A DNA stretch of 26,406 bases. Source: an uncultured archaeon (GTDB taxonomy: Archaea; Asgardarchaeota; Lokiarchaeia; Sigyniarchaeales; SOKP01). Shown piece after piece: positions 18,175 to 26,406 of the stretch. Numbering within the stretch: position 1 is the first letter of the stretch; each line of letters begins with the position of its first letter. The position numbers and the translations under genes are program-made. Location of the stretch: NCBI GenBank assembly GCA_964525635.1, contig CAZGJX010000055.1, positions 1 through 26,406 on the forward strand, in the 5' to 3' direction. The notes under the pieces were generated by a model, which made no database searches, was not told where the DNA came from, and saw only the letters and a list, made by a program, of their open reading frames with translations.

Positions 18175-18420
18175 TTAAATTATGATGTATGAATTTTTTT
18201 TATACTTATGATAAAGTATAAAGAGTAAAAATTTAGATATAATGAAGGAAACAAATGATAGGGATAATATATAATAAAAATCAAGAAGAAGATCTGAGAG
18301 GATAAAAAATGTAACTACCATTATTAATAGTGGTATAATTAAAAAATATGCAGAAAACCACCATATTTTCCATCTTTTTTCTGTAACATTCTCTATTTTC
18401 TCATCTGAATTATAAACCAT
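18175..18420 (-). CDS. 81-aa two-TM paralog (or remnant) of the giant protein's N-terminus
   Basis: WKIWWFSAYFLIIP...DFYYILSLSFVSFI versus WKIWWFCVYFLIIP...DFYYILSFSFVSFI. ATG 18420 is homologous to ATG 17887. Confidence 0.65.
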   Translation of the reverse strand: MVYNSDEKIENVTEKRWKIWWFSAYFLIIPLLIMVVTFFILSDLLLDFYYILSLSFVSFIISKFLLFILYHKYKKNSYIII

Positions 18421-18563
18421 TGAAATCTCTTCTATATACAATAAATTAATCAATTTACTATATGCAATAGCATTTTTTTAAATTAAATAAGTATTCAAGT
18501 AAAAAAAAAGTAATGAATTATAAATTCTTGAGACTATTATTTAATGATTTCTATAAATCCTTA
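18189..18563. repeat. Copy 2 of the ~375-bp duplication
   Basis: Aligns with 17656-18030 in both coding and upstream parts. Confidence 0.9.
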
Positions 18564-18591
18564 ATTTGGATGTTATAAGAAGAATAATAAA

Positions 18592-19764
18592 CTATATAAC
18601 TTTTTCAATTCTCTCAAGAGCTTCATTTATTCTATCAATAGGCTGGGTAAGTGCAATTCTAATAAAGCCTTCTCCATAAGCACCAAAGCCAATTCCTGGT
18701 GTAACCACGACCCCAACATCAATTAATTTTTTAGTAAAAATCATACTATCTTTCTTATCATCGGGAATCTCAGTCCATATGTAAAAAGTTGCTTGTGGTT
18801 TTTCCGTTTTCCAACCAATATTATTTAATCCTTTTACAAGTACATCTCGTCTTTTTTCATAGATATCAATACTTTCTTTAACTATTTCTGGTTTATTTTC
18901 CGATTTATACTCATTCAATCCTTTTATAACTGCTTTTTGAATAAATATTTGGCATCCAGAATCAATTTGAGATTTTACTTTTCGAAGACCTTCGATAATA
19001 TATTCATTTCCAGCAGCCCAACCACATCGAAAGCCTGTCATACAAAAGATTTTTGAAGCACTATTAATCTCTATATGATCTCTACTTATCTGTAAAAGAG
19101 AAGGAGCAATATAATCATCAAAAGTAAATTCTGAATAGGGATTATCATACACAATTAGAAAGTTAAAATCTTCAGCAAAATCAACAACTTTTTTAAGAAA
19201 TTCTCTTGGAGCAATAGCTCCTGTTGGATTATTAGGATAGTTTAAATACATTAATTTTGCTTTTTTTAAAATTTTTGTATCAATAGATTCTAAATCTGGA
19301 AGAAAATTATTTTCTTTTTTTAATGGCATTAAATATGGATCACCATCACAAAATTTTGTTGCTCCATTTTCATAAACGGGATAACCTGGATTAGGACAAA
19401 GAACAATATCTTTAGGATTAATGAAAGCTCTAGCTATATTAGCAACTCCCTCTTTTCCACCAAGTACATTTGTGACTTCAGTATCTGCATTAAAATCTAA
19501 TCCAAATCTCACATTATACCATCTGGCAACTCCTTCTCTAAAAAAATCTTCTCCCATACTAGTTGGATAATTTTGATATTCTGGTATTTTTACAGCTTCT
19601 ATCATTTCATTAATGATTATTTCTGGGGTTGTTAGGTCAGGATCTCCTATTCCTAATGGGATTAAATCAATTCCCTCTTTTTTTTTTTTTATTTTTAAAT
19701 CTTCAATTTCCGCAAAAATATATTTTGGCAATCTCCCTATTCTATCAGCATAATTTATATGAAT
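18592..19764 (-). CDS. dapL: Class I/II PLP aminotransferase, LL-diaminopimelate aminotransferase-like; probable ATT start
   Basis: LGIGDPD, GGKEG, PGYPVY, YLNYPNNPTG, DNPYSE, PLP-Lys in SASKIFCMTGFRCG, PGIGFG...GFIRIAL. The family-typical YADRIGRLPKYIFAEI begins upstream of the tracked TTG at 19731. Substrate specificity is inferred. Confidence 0.75.
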   Translation of the reverse strand: MHINYADRIGRLPKYIFAEIEDLKIKKKKEGIDLIPLGIGDPDLTTPEIIINEMIEAVKIPEYQNYPTSMGEDFFREGVARWYNVRFGLDFNADTEVTNVLGGKEGVANIARAFINPKDIVLCPNPGYPVYENGATKFCDGDPYLMPLKKENNFLPDLESIDTKILKKAKLMYLNYPNNPTGAIAPREFLKKVVDFAEDFNFLIVYDNPYSEFTFDDYIAPSLLQISRDHIEINSASKIFCMTGFRCGWAAGNEYIIEGLRKVKSQIDSGCQIFIQKAVIKGLNEYKSENKPEIVKESIDIYEKRRDVLVKGLNNIGWKTEKPQATFYIWTEIPDDKKDSMIFTKKLIDVGVVVTPGIGFGAYGEGFIRIALTQPIDRINEALERIEKVI

Positions 19765-19887
19765 CTTTAGACACCCAATTATTATAGTTATTTGAAAAAA
19801 TAATATGTAAAAATAAGTAAAAAGATATAAAATTTATTATCCTAAATTATTATCTTTAAAATTAATTATAGGATTCAGATTCTATTT

Positions 19888-21222
19888 TTACTCTGATTTT
19901 CTTTTTTCTATTTCATATTCTTTAGGATCAATTAAAACAAAAGGAATTATACTAATATTTGAAGCAATTGCCATAAACAGAAAAATTATTGCAAAAGTGG
20001 TATATACATTAAATCCTTGTAATACTCCGAGTAATAAAGATGTAATAAATAATCCTAATTGTGTTCCTCCATTAGTAAAAGAATTACATGTAGCAAAATA
20101 GGTACTATCAACTTCGGGATAATGTGTAGATATCTGACCTATAACAGCAGAAAAGGCACTTTTTCTCCACCCATTTGTTGAACCTACGATACAAGCAAAG
20201 ATTAAGAGGATAATATATGGTATATGTACATTTTCAATATATTGCACAGGAATTAAAAAGAGTATAAATGAAATTGTTGTAATAAGAAGAGAAGAATATA
20301 CTCCTTTTTTTCTTGATTTTAAATCAGCAATACGTCCTCCTATAATTGCTCCAATAACAACACCAATTCCAATAATAACTGATATAAATGCATTAACTTC
20401 ATATAATTGTCTAGAATTTTGTAATGCATTTAATTGAATCTCACCACCAATCAGATCGAGACCTAAATCAGGCTGTAGTATGATAATATACAATGAAATA
20501 AGAGTAAATATAACCCCATCAACAATAGAAATAAAGATTGCAAAGATGAATACTTTCCAATTCTTACTCTTACCAAATATTATTTTTATATTTTTTTTTA
20601 TATTGATTTTTTCTATAAGTCTACCTTCTTTGATGATAAGTATTAAAAATGAACTTAAAATTAAAATAATTCCATAAAGAATAAAGATAGCCTGAATATC
20701 AATAAATTGTAATATTGTTACTATCAATGGCCCTCCTGCAATTGTTCCAACAGAACGCAAACTCCAGCAAATACCCTGAACTCTCCCTAATTTATTTTTA
20801 GGGCAAATATCTAAAATTAATCCATCAATTGCAGTATCTGCCATAGCGATCCCAAGAATTAGAATTACTCCTACTATAGTAAATAGGAGTAAAGCATTAT
20901 TAGGTACTATAAAAAATTGTATGAAAATCCAAATCAATCCAGAGACACATATTGGTAAAATTACCCAAGGTTTTCTTCTACCTAGCTTTTTGAAAGATTT
21001 TTTATCACTTATCATACCATAAATGAATTTAATAACAAATGGAGCTAAAACAATTGTGAACATAAGAGATAATTCACTTCCCTTTATCCCTCCCACATAA
21101 TCAAATAGGAATATAGGGATAATTACGGCATATAAACTCTGAGCTATGCCTTGAAAAAAGTAATTAACAGAAAAAATAGCTGTATATAAAGACTTAAAGT
21201 TTGAATTTACTTCCATCATCAT
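19888..21222 (-). CDS. MFS transporter, AmpG/acetyl-CoA transporter (PAT)-like
   Basis: About 12 hydrophobic segments; YFFQGI, PFVIKFIYGMISD, GRRKPW, DTAIDG, GGRIAD. Confidence 0.88.
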   Translation of the reverse strand: MMMEVNSNFKSLYTAIFSVNYFFQGIAQSLYAVIIPIFLFDYVGGIKGSELSLMFTIVLAPFVIKFIYGMISDKKSFKKLGRRKPWVILPICVSGLIWIFIQFFIVPNNALLLFTIVGVILILGIAMADTAIDGLILDICPKNKLGRVQGICWSLRSVGTIAGGPLIVTILQFIDIQAIFILYGIILILSSFLILIIKEGRLIEKINIKKNIKIIFGKSKNWKVFIFAIFISIVDGVIFTLISLYIIILQPDLGLDLIGGEIQLNALQNSRQLYEVNAFISVIIGIGVVIGAIIGGRIADLKSRKKGVYSSLLITTISFILFLIPVQYIENVHIPYIILLIFACIVGSTNGWRKSAFSAVIGQISTHYPEVDSTYFATCNSFTNGGTQLGLFITSLLLGVLQGFNVYTTFAIIFLFMAIASNISIIPFVLIDPKEYEIEKRKSE

Positions 21223-21371
21223 TCTCAGAATATTTATTTATAAAATAAAATTTATCTATATATATTATTGGATAGCGATAAAATTCAATTATATAGAATT
21301 AATTAACTATTATTCTATTACTTTATAAATATTTTATTTTCATATATTTAAAATTATATGGATTTATTTAG

Positions 21372-21410
21372 TACAATTTGTCAAATTGTAAAAATCTGAA
21401 AAAACCAGAT
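21372..21410. promoter_or_regulatory. Perfect 9-1-9 palindrome TACAATTTG-T-CAAATTGTA plus adjacent ATCTG-N7-CAGAT
   Basis: Seen directly in the divergent MFS/M42 intergenic region. Confidence 0.55.
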
Positions 21411-21490
21411 CATCTTATGATTAACTATTTATTATCACATTTGATATTTTTAAGTATATTTCAATAATATTATAAAATTTATAAAAAGCA

Positions 21491-22594
21491 ATGGACAATA
21501 ACGAAATTTTAAGGATAATAAAAATATTATCTTCAAAAAGAGCTCCTTCAGGACTAGAAAATGAACGCGGTGAAATATTTAAAAACGAAATTGAAAAAAT
21601 CCTAACAAATAAAAAAATATTGGTTGAGAAAGATAACCTTGGGAACTATTTTGTTAAACTAAAAGGAATATCATCAAAAAATAAAATTGCGATATTAGCA
21701 CATTTAGATGAAATCGGGGGAACAATTAGAAGAATAAAAAAAAATGGAAAAATGGAATTCTCCAAGAGAGGTGGTTATGAAGGAAGATGGTTGATTTCCA
21801 AAAAGGTGCAGATATTAAATAGTAAAGGTACATGGATCAATGGAGTTATATGTGGACGTTCAGCTCATAGTACTCCAGAAAAATTAAGAAATAAGGAAAA
21901 AATAGATCCTTTGGATTTAGAAATATACTGTGGAGCAAACAACCTTGATGATATAAAAAATAAACATCAATTGCATGTTGGAGCACCTTTTGTTTTCTCT
22001 GGAGATTTTGATTTACTAAATCCTGATATTGATGATAATATCATTGCTGGGTATTCTATGGATAATTTGACTGCTTTAACATGTTTAATTATTTTAACTC
22101 AAAAGCTAATTAATAAATTAATGAATGAAGAAGGAAAACTAAGAATTTATTCTGATGTCAACATTGTTGCTACTACTAGAGAAGAAATAGGCACTGAAGG
22201 CGCATATTTCTTTATAAAAAATAATCCTGTTAATAAAGTAATTGGAATTGATATAGGTTTAGTTGAAGATGCAACCAAAACCATTCATTCTGATCTTAAT
22301 CTTGATGGAGGGCCAGTAATTGTATGGCAAGAAGCAAGAGGTTATGGAATTCTTGATTATAATCTCTGTAAAAAATTAGTCCAAACTGCAGAAAAAAAGG
22401 ATCTAAAATATCAAAATGGTGTTTTCGAATACTATGGTTCGGATGCAGGAAAAACACAGAAATGGCTGGGTATTCCTTCAGCATTAGTAGGTATTCCTAC
22501 TAAATTTAGTCATAACGTTCCAGAAATAAGCAGCTTAAGTGGCATCGAGAATACTGCTGAGTTGATTTTCCAGTACTTAAAGAGTCTCAAATAA
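21491..22594 (+). CDS. M42-family (TET-like) metallo-aminopeptidase
   Basis: APSGLE; metal and catalytic motifs AHLDEIG, MDN, REEIG, IGID, GSDAG, SHN. Confidence 0.92.
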   Translation: MDNNEILRIIKILSSKRAPSGLENERGEIFKNEIEKILTNKKILVEKDNLGNYFVKLKGISSKNKIAILAHLDEIGGTIRRIKKNGKMEFSKRGGYEGRWLISKKVQILNSKGTWINGVICGRSAHSTPEKLRNKEKIDPLDLEIYCGANNLDDIKNKHQLHVGAPFVFSGDFDLLNPDIDDNIIAGYSMDNLTALTCLIILTQKLINKLMNEEGKLRIYSDVNIVATTREEIGTEGAYFFIKNNPVNKVIGIDIGLVEDATKTIHSDLNLDGGPVIVWQEARGYGILDYNLCKKLVQTAEKKDLKYQNGVFEYYGSDAGKTQKWLGIPSALVGIPTKFSHNVPEISSLSGIENTAELIFQYLKSLK

Positions 22595-22623
22595 TCTTTA
22601 AAATAAGTTTTATAAAGTTCTTA

Positions 22624-23640
22624 TTATTGGTTTATCAAGTTGTTTATAACTAATTCAGAAATATCACCCGCATATTCACCTATTCTCCTTATACTTTCAA
22701 TAATATAACTGATGGTAATCGATGATTCAACATGATATTGTTCAGGATTAATTGTTATTCCTTCACAGGCAATTACTAATTTCTTTACTAACTCAATATT
22801 CTCATTTGCCATACGTATATCTTTATTCATACGAGCATCTAAAGTTTTATTTAAAAGATCAATAGAAATTCTGCTTGCTGCTGATATTTTTTCTATTAAC
22901 TCTTTACTGATAACATTTTGCTCAATCACAAAAAGAATATTTCTAGAAATATTAACTGCGTGGTCTGCTATTCTTTCCAGAAATCGACTCATTAATTGAT
23001 AATGGTTTGCATCCTCTAAGGTAATTCCCATTTTCTGTGATAAGATTATATCTCTTAAAACAATATTTGATTGTCTTCCAATCAACCAATGCAATCTATC
23101 TATATCATTATCTCTTTTAATAACTTCTTCAGCTAATTCTTTATCCTTTGTTTTTAAAGCTTTAATAGCATCTTCAATCATACTATCTGCAAGAATAAAC
23201 ATTCTTTTTATTGTTTTATCAAATGGCATTTCCTTTGGATTCAATAAATCTTTAATAAGAATATATGTATTTGTTTCTTCAATAATTTCTGGTCCGATTG
23301 CTATTTGTGTAAAATCAATTATACAATCTCTAATAAATGGCTCAAATTTTTTACTGGATTTTATAACAACCTTAGAAAATCCCATAATATATATACCTAT
23401 CAATACTCGAAATAAGAAATTATAATCATTATAATCATCTACAATGATTTCTTTGGTTTTCATAATTTCCTCAGAGTTGATTTTTGGCGTAATAAGTAAA
23501 TTCCCATCAGGCTGTGCTATAATTCCGATGGTATCATTTTTTTGAATATTATTTTTCTTTATCCAAGGCTTCGGAAGACTAATAATGTAAGACGATCCCC
23601 CCGTCTGTTGCACCTTACGTGTCTCAATATTATATGTCAA
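22624..23640 (-). CDS. phoU: Archaeal phosphate uptake regulator (AbrB-type DNA-binding domain + PhoU domains), ~338 aa
   Basis: ETRKVQQTGGSSYIISLPKPW (AbrB/SpoVT), RDNDIDRL, LERIADHA, IRRIGEY. TTG at 23640 is preceded by AGGTGA at 10-nt spacing; the longer tracked N-terminus (to 23799) looks like intergenic DNA. Confidence 0.92.
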   Translation of the reverse strand: MTYNIETRKVQQTGGSSYIISLPKPWIKKNNIQKNDTIGIIAQPDGNLLITPKINSEEIMKTKEIIVDDYNDYNFLFRVLIGIYIMGFSKVVIKSSKKFEPFIRDCIIDFTQIAIGPEIIEETNTYILIKDLLNPKEMPFDKTIKRMFILADSMIEDAIKALKTKDKELAEEVIKRDNDIDRLHWLIGRQSNIVLRDIILSQKMGITLEDANHYQLMSRFLERIADHAVNISRNILFVIEQNVISKELIEKISAASRISIDLLNKTLDARMNKDIRMANENIELVKKLVIACEGITINPEQYHVESSITISYIIESIRRIGEYAGDISELVINNLINQ

Positions 23641-23726
23641 TTCTTTTCTTTCACCTATCGCATATTTCAAGCTTTTATGTGAAACATTATAATAATTATT
23701 AAGAAAATATAGAATAACAATTTGAT

Positions 23727-23758
23727 CTATATAGTTTATATAAAATGTATATACATTT
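23727..23758. promoter_or_regulatory. Phased TATATA-core palindromes upstream of phoU, including perfect 16-bp AAATGTATATACATTT
   Basis: CTATATAG (23727-34), TTTATATAAA (23735-44) and AAATGTATATACATTT (23743-58), with centres about 10 bp apart. Confidence 0.4.
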
Positions 23759-23798
23759 AAAGATAAGGTTAAAAAAAGGGATTTTTTTCTCACTATCA

Positions 23799-24128
23799 TT
23801 AAGAGGTAACTTCGAGGTTACATATACGAAATCTACGATCATATATTACCGCATCAATATATAAATCATAAAGAAAATGATTTATGATAAGTCCTTCGGC
23901 TTCTAATTGGATATATCCCTCATAGATACACTTATACAATTGGATTTTAGTGAATCCTCCCTTAGAGGTAAAATGCTTGAAAGTTATTCTTTTTACGGGG
24001 TAATCGAATCGTATAGAGATTTTTTCCTCTCCAATTACTAGCTTATCTGGATTTTTAATCATCTCTCGAAAATCATCATGTGTAAAATGTAGTAGCCCTA
24101 CTGATTCCATATCTAATTTTAGCCTCAT
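23799..24128 (-). CDS. Hypothetical protein, 109 aa
   Basis: ATG start preceded by purine-rich GGTAAAAAGAAA. Globular composition with FDYP, GGFT and HFLYDL motifs. Confidence 0.7.
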   Translation of the reverse strand: MRLKLDMESVGLLHFTHDDFREMIKNPDKLVIGEEKISIRFDYPVKRITFKHFTSKGGFTKIQLYKCIYEGYIQLEAEGLIINHFLYDLYIDAVIYDRRFRICNLEVTS

Positions 24129-24172
24129 TTTCTTTTTACCATTAATCTAGTATTTATATTCATAAAAAAATG

Positions 24173-24661
24173 TTATGGAGCATAAAATTGTATAATTTGA
24201 TCTATGGTTAATTCAGGAAACCATTTTTTAAAATCTCTTTCTCCATTATCACCAAAATTATCAAATCCAAATTCTATTTCATAAATATCTGTTATGTCCC
24301 AACCTTCTCTAAGCAGTTCAATTGTTCTTTCTCTTCTGTAGGAATAAAGAAAATTGGTTTTCCCGCCAAATTTTTCCTTCCATATTTTTCCAATTGAAAA
24401 AAGAGATAATCCAGTCTGTCTATTAATTTCCTTATCTGTCACCTCTTCTATTATCCATTTTTCCCATTGAGTTCTTTCGATACCATAATACGTCTGCTCT
24501 CTACTATATCTTAAGCTAGATACCCATATGCTGTTGAGTACTGGGGAAAATAACCAGAAGTTAAAGTCTAAGTGTAAGCCCTCTTTCCACCAACGAAAAA
24601 GCCAACTTTTATTATTTTGGTTATCCTTTATGAGAGTTTCATAAATTTCTTTATCGCTATA
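24173..24661 (-). pseudogene. Probable C-terminal remnant of a larger protein with repeated HTH-like segments
   Basis: The frame is open for 162 codons from the TGA at 24662-64, 73 codons beyond the tracked GTG, with no ATG/GTG/TTG in the extension. Segments YSDKEIYETL, VTDKEINRQTGLS and GWDITDIYEIEFG resemble each other. Confidence 0.5.
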
Positions 24662-24687
24662 TCATAGACATGATATTAGAGGAAGGT

Positions 24688-24821
24688 CACCATATATTAT
24701 TAAAGCTACAAAAAAACTTAAATCATTTCTCCAAGAAATCAATGATATCTTAAATCAATTTGTCTCACATATTTCATAAAATTATTATAGCATTAAAGAG
24801 CTAAATTTAGTTAATTTTATA
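24688..24821 (+). repeat. Direct repeat, copy 1 (134 bp)
   Basis: Ungapped alignment to 26231-26364, 111/134 identical by manual count. Confidence 0.92.
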
Positions 24822-24934
24822 ATACATGTTCTTCTTATTAATTCCTTTATCTATAAAAACTTCAAAGACAAATTTGTATATATAATTAAATATTAGGTCT
24901 TATATGTTAAAGCACTAAATTAATAATACGTAAT

Positions 24935-26128
24935 TTAATTGGGGACTTTTTCATTCCCACTAATTTTTCCTGATCTGTTAAGCATCAATAAAATTATTCC
25001 AAAAGTTAAAAATATGATTGATGCAATAATCCAATGAATTTCTTTAAACCAAGTAGGAATCAACCAAGACGCTAACCCAATAACAATCCAAGCCGTTATT
25101 AAAAGAGATATTAGTAGATATTTTTGCGGCGATGAATATTCTTTATCTAATTCCTTTACTCCAACGCTAATGATTAAGGGAAACAAGTAAAACAACATAC
25201 GCATCCATCCGGACACAAAAATTAGAAAAGCAAAAACGGCTCCGGATAAGACCAGAAATTCAAGCCTTACTTTCCAATCGCTTTTTAAAAGGTGTTTACA
25301 CGCGCTTAAAAGAATAATTCCAAAAGGATAACCCAAATTGAGAAGAATTACTGCAATAAACGCTACAATTGTGAGATAAATCGGTGAAGTAGGTATTGAT
25401 TGATATTGAAAAATAAATTCGATTGCTTCTAAGCTGAATACTCTTTTCTGTACAAACAAGACGTAATAGATTATTGGAACACTGCTTGAGATTAAACCAT
25501 ATATTATTATTTCCTTTTTCTTTTTGAATACATATTCTATGACAATAACGGGTATTAATATGATTGATACTTCTTTAATAAAAATCCCTATCCACATAAG
25601 AGGGATAAGATAATAATATTTCTCAGAATATAGAAAATAAAAAAAGCCCACAAAAACAGCAAGAATTAACGGATCTACTAATCCCATGTTCTGTAAATGC
25701 ATGGTATACCCATAACTACCAATCCAAATTAGCGAACCAATTAACCTTGTTGTTCTTTTTAGATCTAAAGTTGTTAATAGTAAATATAAAAACAATACTG
25801 AGAGATTTAGACCCAATAATGTCAAGAAAAGAAATCCAAAATAATGAAATTCGTTGGGTAGAAGAGATACTAAAAAAGGGACGAGAATTCGATTAGAAAA
25901 GGTACCTGAGACGGTTTTTCCTAACGCCATATCCGCATATACTTTAGCATCGGGAGAAGAAGGCCATCCATAATTATAGTAGGGAAAATATAATATGATT
26001 AGAGCATAAAGCAATTGAAATAATACCAATATTGCTAAGTCTAATTTGAGATTTTCCTTAGAATTAATAGAGTCAAATGTTCTCTTGATTTTAATTGATA
26101 CTTTATCCAGCATCTTAATATAATGCAT
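24935..26128 (-). CDS. Polytopic membrane protein, GT-C-fold glycosyltransferase-like
   Basis: First loop PDAKVYADMA...FSNRILVP, then LVDP and GIFIKE, with about 11-12 hydrophobic segments, as in ArnT/PMT-like GT-C proteins. Confidence 0.6.
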   Translation of the reverse strand: MHYIKMLDKVSIKIKRTFDSINSKENLKLDLAILVLFQLLYALIILYFPYYNYGWPSSPDAKVYADMALGKTVSGTFSNRILVPFLVSLLPNEFHYFGFLFLTLLGLNLSVLFLYLLLTTLDLKRTTRLIGSLIWIGSYGYTMHLQNMGLVDPLILAVFVGFFYFLYSEKYYYLIPLMWIGIFIKEVSIILIPVIVIEYVFKKKKEIIIYGLISSSVPIIYYVLFVQKRVFSLEAIEFIFQYQSIPTSPIYLTIVAFIAVILLNLGYPFGIILLSACKHLLKSDWKVRLEFLVLSGAVFAFLIFVSGWMRMLFYLFPLIISVGVKELDKEYSSPQKYLLISLLITAWIVIGLASWLIPTWFKEIHWIIASIIFLTFGIILLMLNRSGKISGNEKVPN

Positions 26129-26230
26129 CTCTGTCTAATATAATTATAGAATATTGTTTTTATGGTATTTATAATTATGCAAAAATTATAAAAAAATTTG
26201 AAAATTCAATTACCAGTATTCAACCAAAAA

Positions 26231-26364
26231 CACCATATATTATTAAGGCTACAAAAAAACTTAAATTATTTCTTCAAGAAATCAAAGATGTTTTATTACA
26301 TTTTATTTCAGACATATCATGAAATTATTATAACGTTAAAAAGCTAAATTTGACTAATTTTACA
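26231..26364 (+). repeat. Direct repeat, copy 2 (134 bp)
   Basis: Ungapped alignment to 24688-24821 at an offset of 1543. Confidence 0.92.
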
Positions 26365-26406
26365 AAAGAAGGATCATTTATAAGATCTATCCACGAGAAA
26401 AGATAA

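Noticed and set aside
20480-20677. 65-aa plus-strand ORF
   Set aside because: Antisense to the MFS gene.
22296-22484. 62-aa minus-strand ORF
   Set aside because: Antisense to the conserved M42 peptidase.
23641-23799. 53-aa N-terminal extension of PhoU in the ORF track
   Set aside because: Low-complexity sequence that covers the probable promoter; an SD-preceded TTG at 23640 sits just before the AbrB domain.
24662-26322. In-frame TGA codons (24662-64 minus strand; 26320-22 plus strand) as selenocysteine
   Set aside because: No redox-motif context, no SECIS recognised, and the homologous codon in the other repeat copy is TAA.
1-26406. CRISPR arrays, tRNA or rRNA genes, intact transposases
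   Set aside because: No regularly spaced short repeats, GC-rich structured RNA segments or DDE/tyrosine-recombinase motifs were recognised by eye.

Overview
Very AT-rich archaeal DNA. The gene content points to an Asgard archaeon, probably Lokiarchaeia (inference): an unprenylated Rab-like GTPase, a eukaryote-like PPP phosphatase, a proteasome alpha subunit, a multi-PAS histidine kinase and PolB2. From left to right the window holds: a partial gene at the left edge; psmA; a PPP phosphatase; a Rab-like GTPase; a PolB2 cassette (ATPase-degenerate RadA-like protein, proofreading-degenerate PolB2 and a small arCOG07300-type protein, with PIP-box-like C-termini on the two large proteins); an unannotated 54-aa ORF; a 3-PAS histidine kinase with a probable non-canonical start; a ~2800-aa almost entirely transmembrane protein with an internal ~128-aa repeat and a tandem duplicate of its promoter plus N-terminus; a DapL-type aminotransferase; an AmpG-like MFS transporter; an M42 peptidase; an AbrB-PhoU regulator; and a disturbed accessory end with a gene remnant and a GT-C-like membrane protein flanked by 134-bp direct repeats. 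The two strongest candidates for under-described systems are the mutasome-like PolB2 cassette and the giant repeat-built membrane protein. No rRNA, tRNA or CRISPR array was recognised. All family calls come from motif recognition by eye, not database searches.
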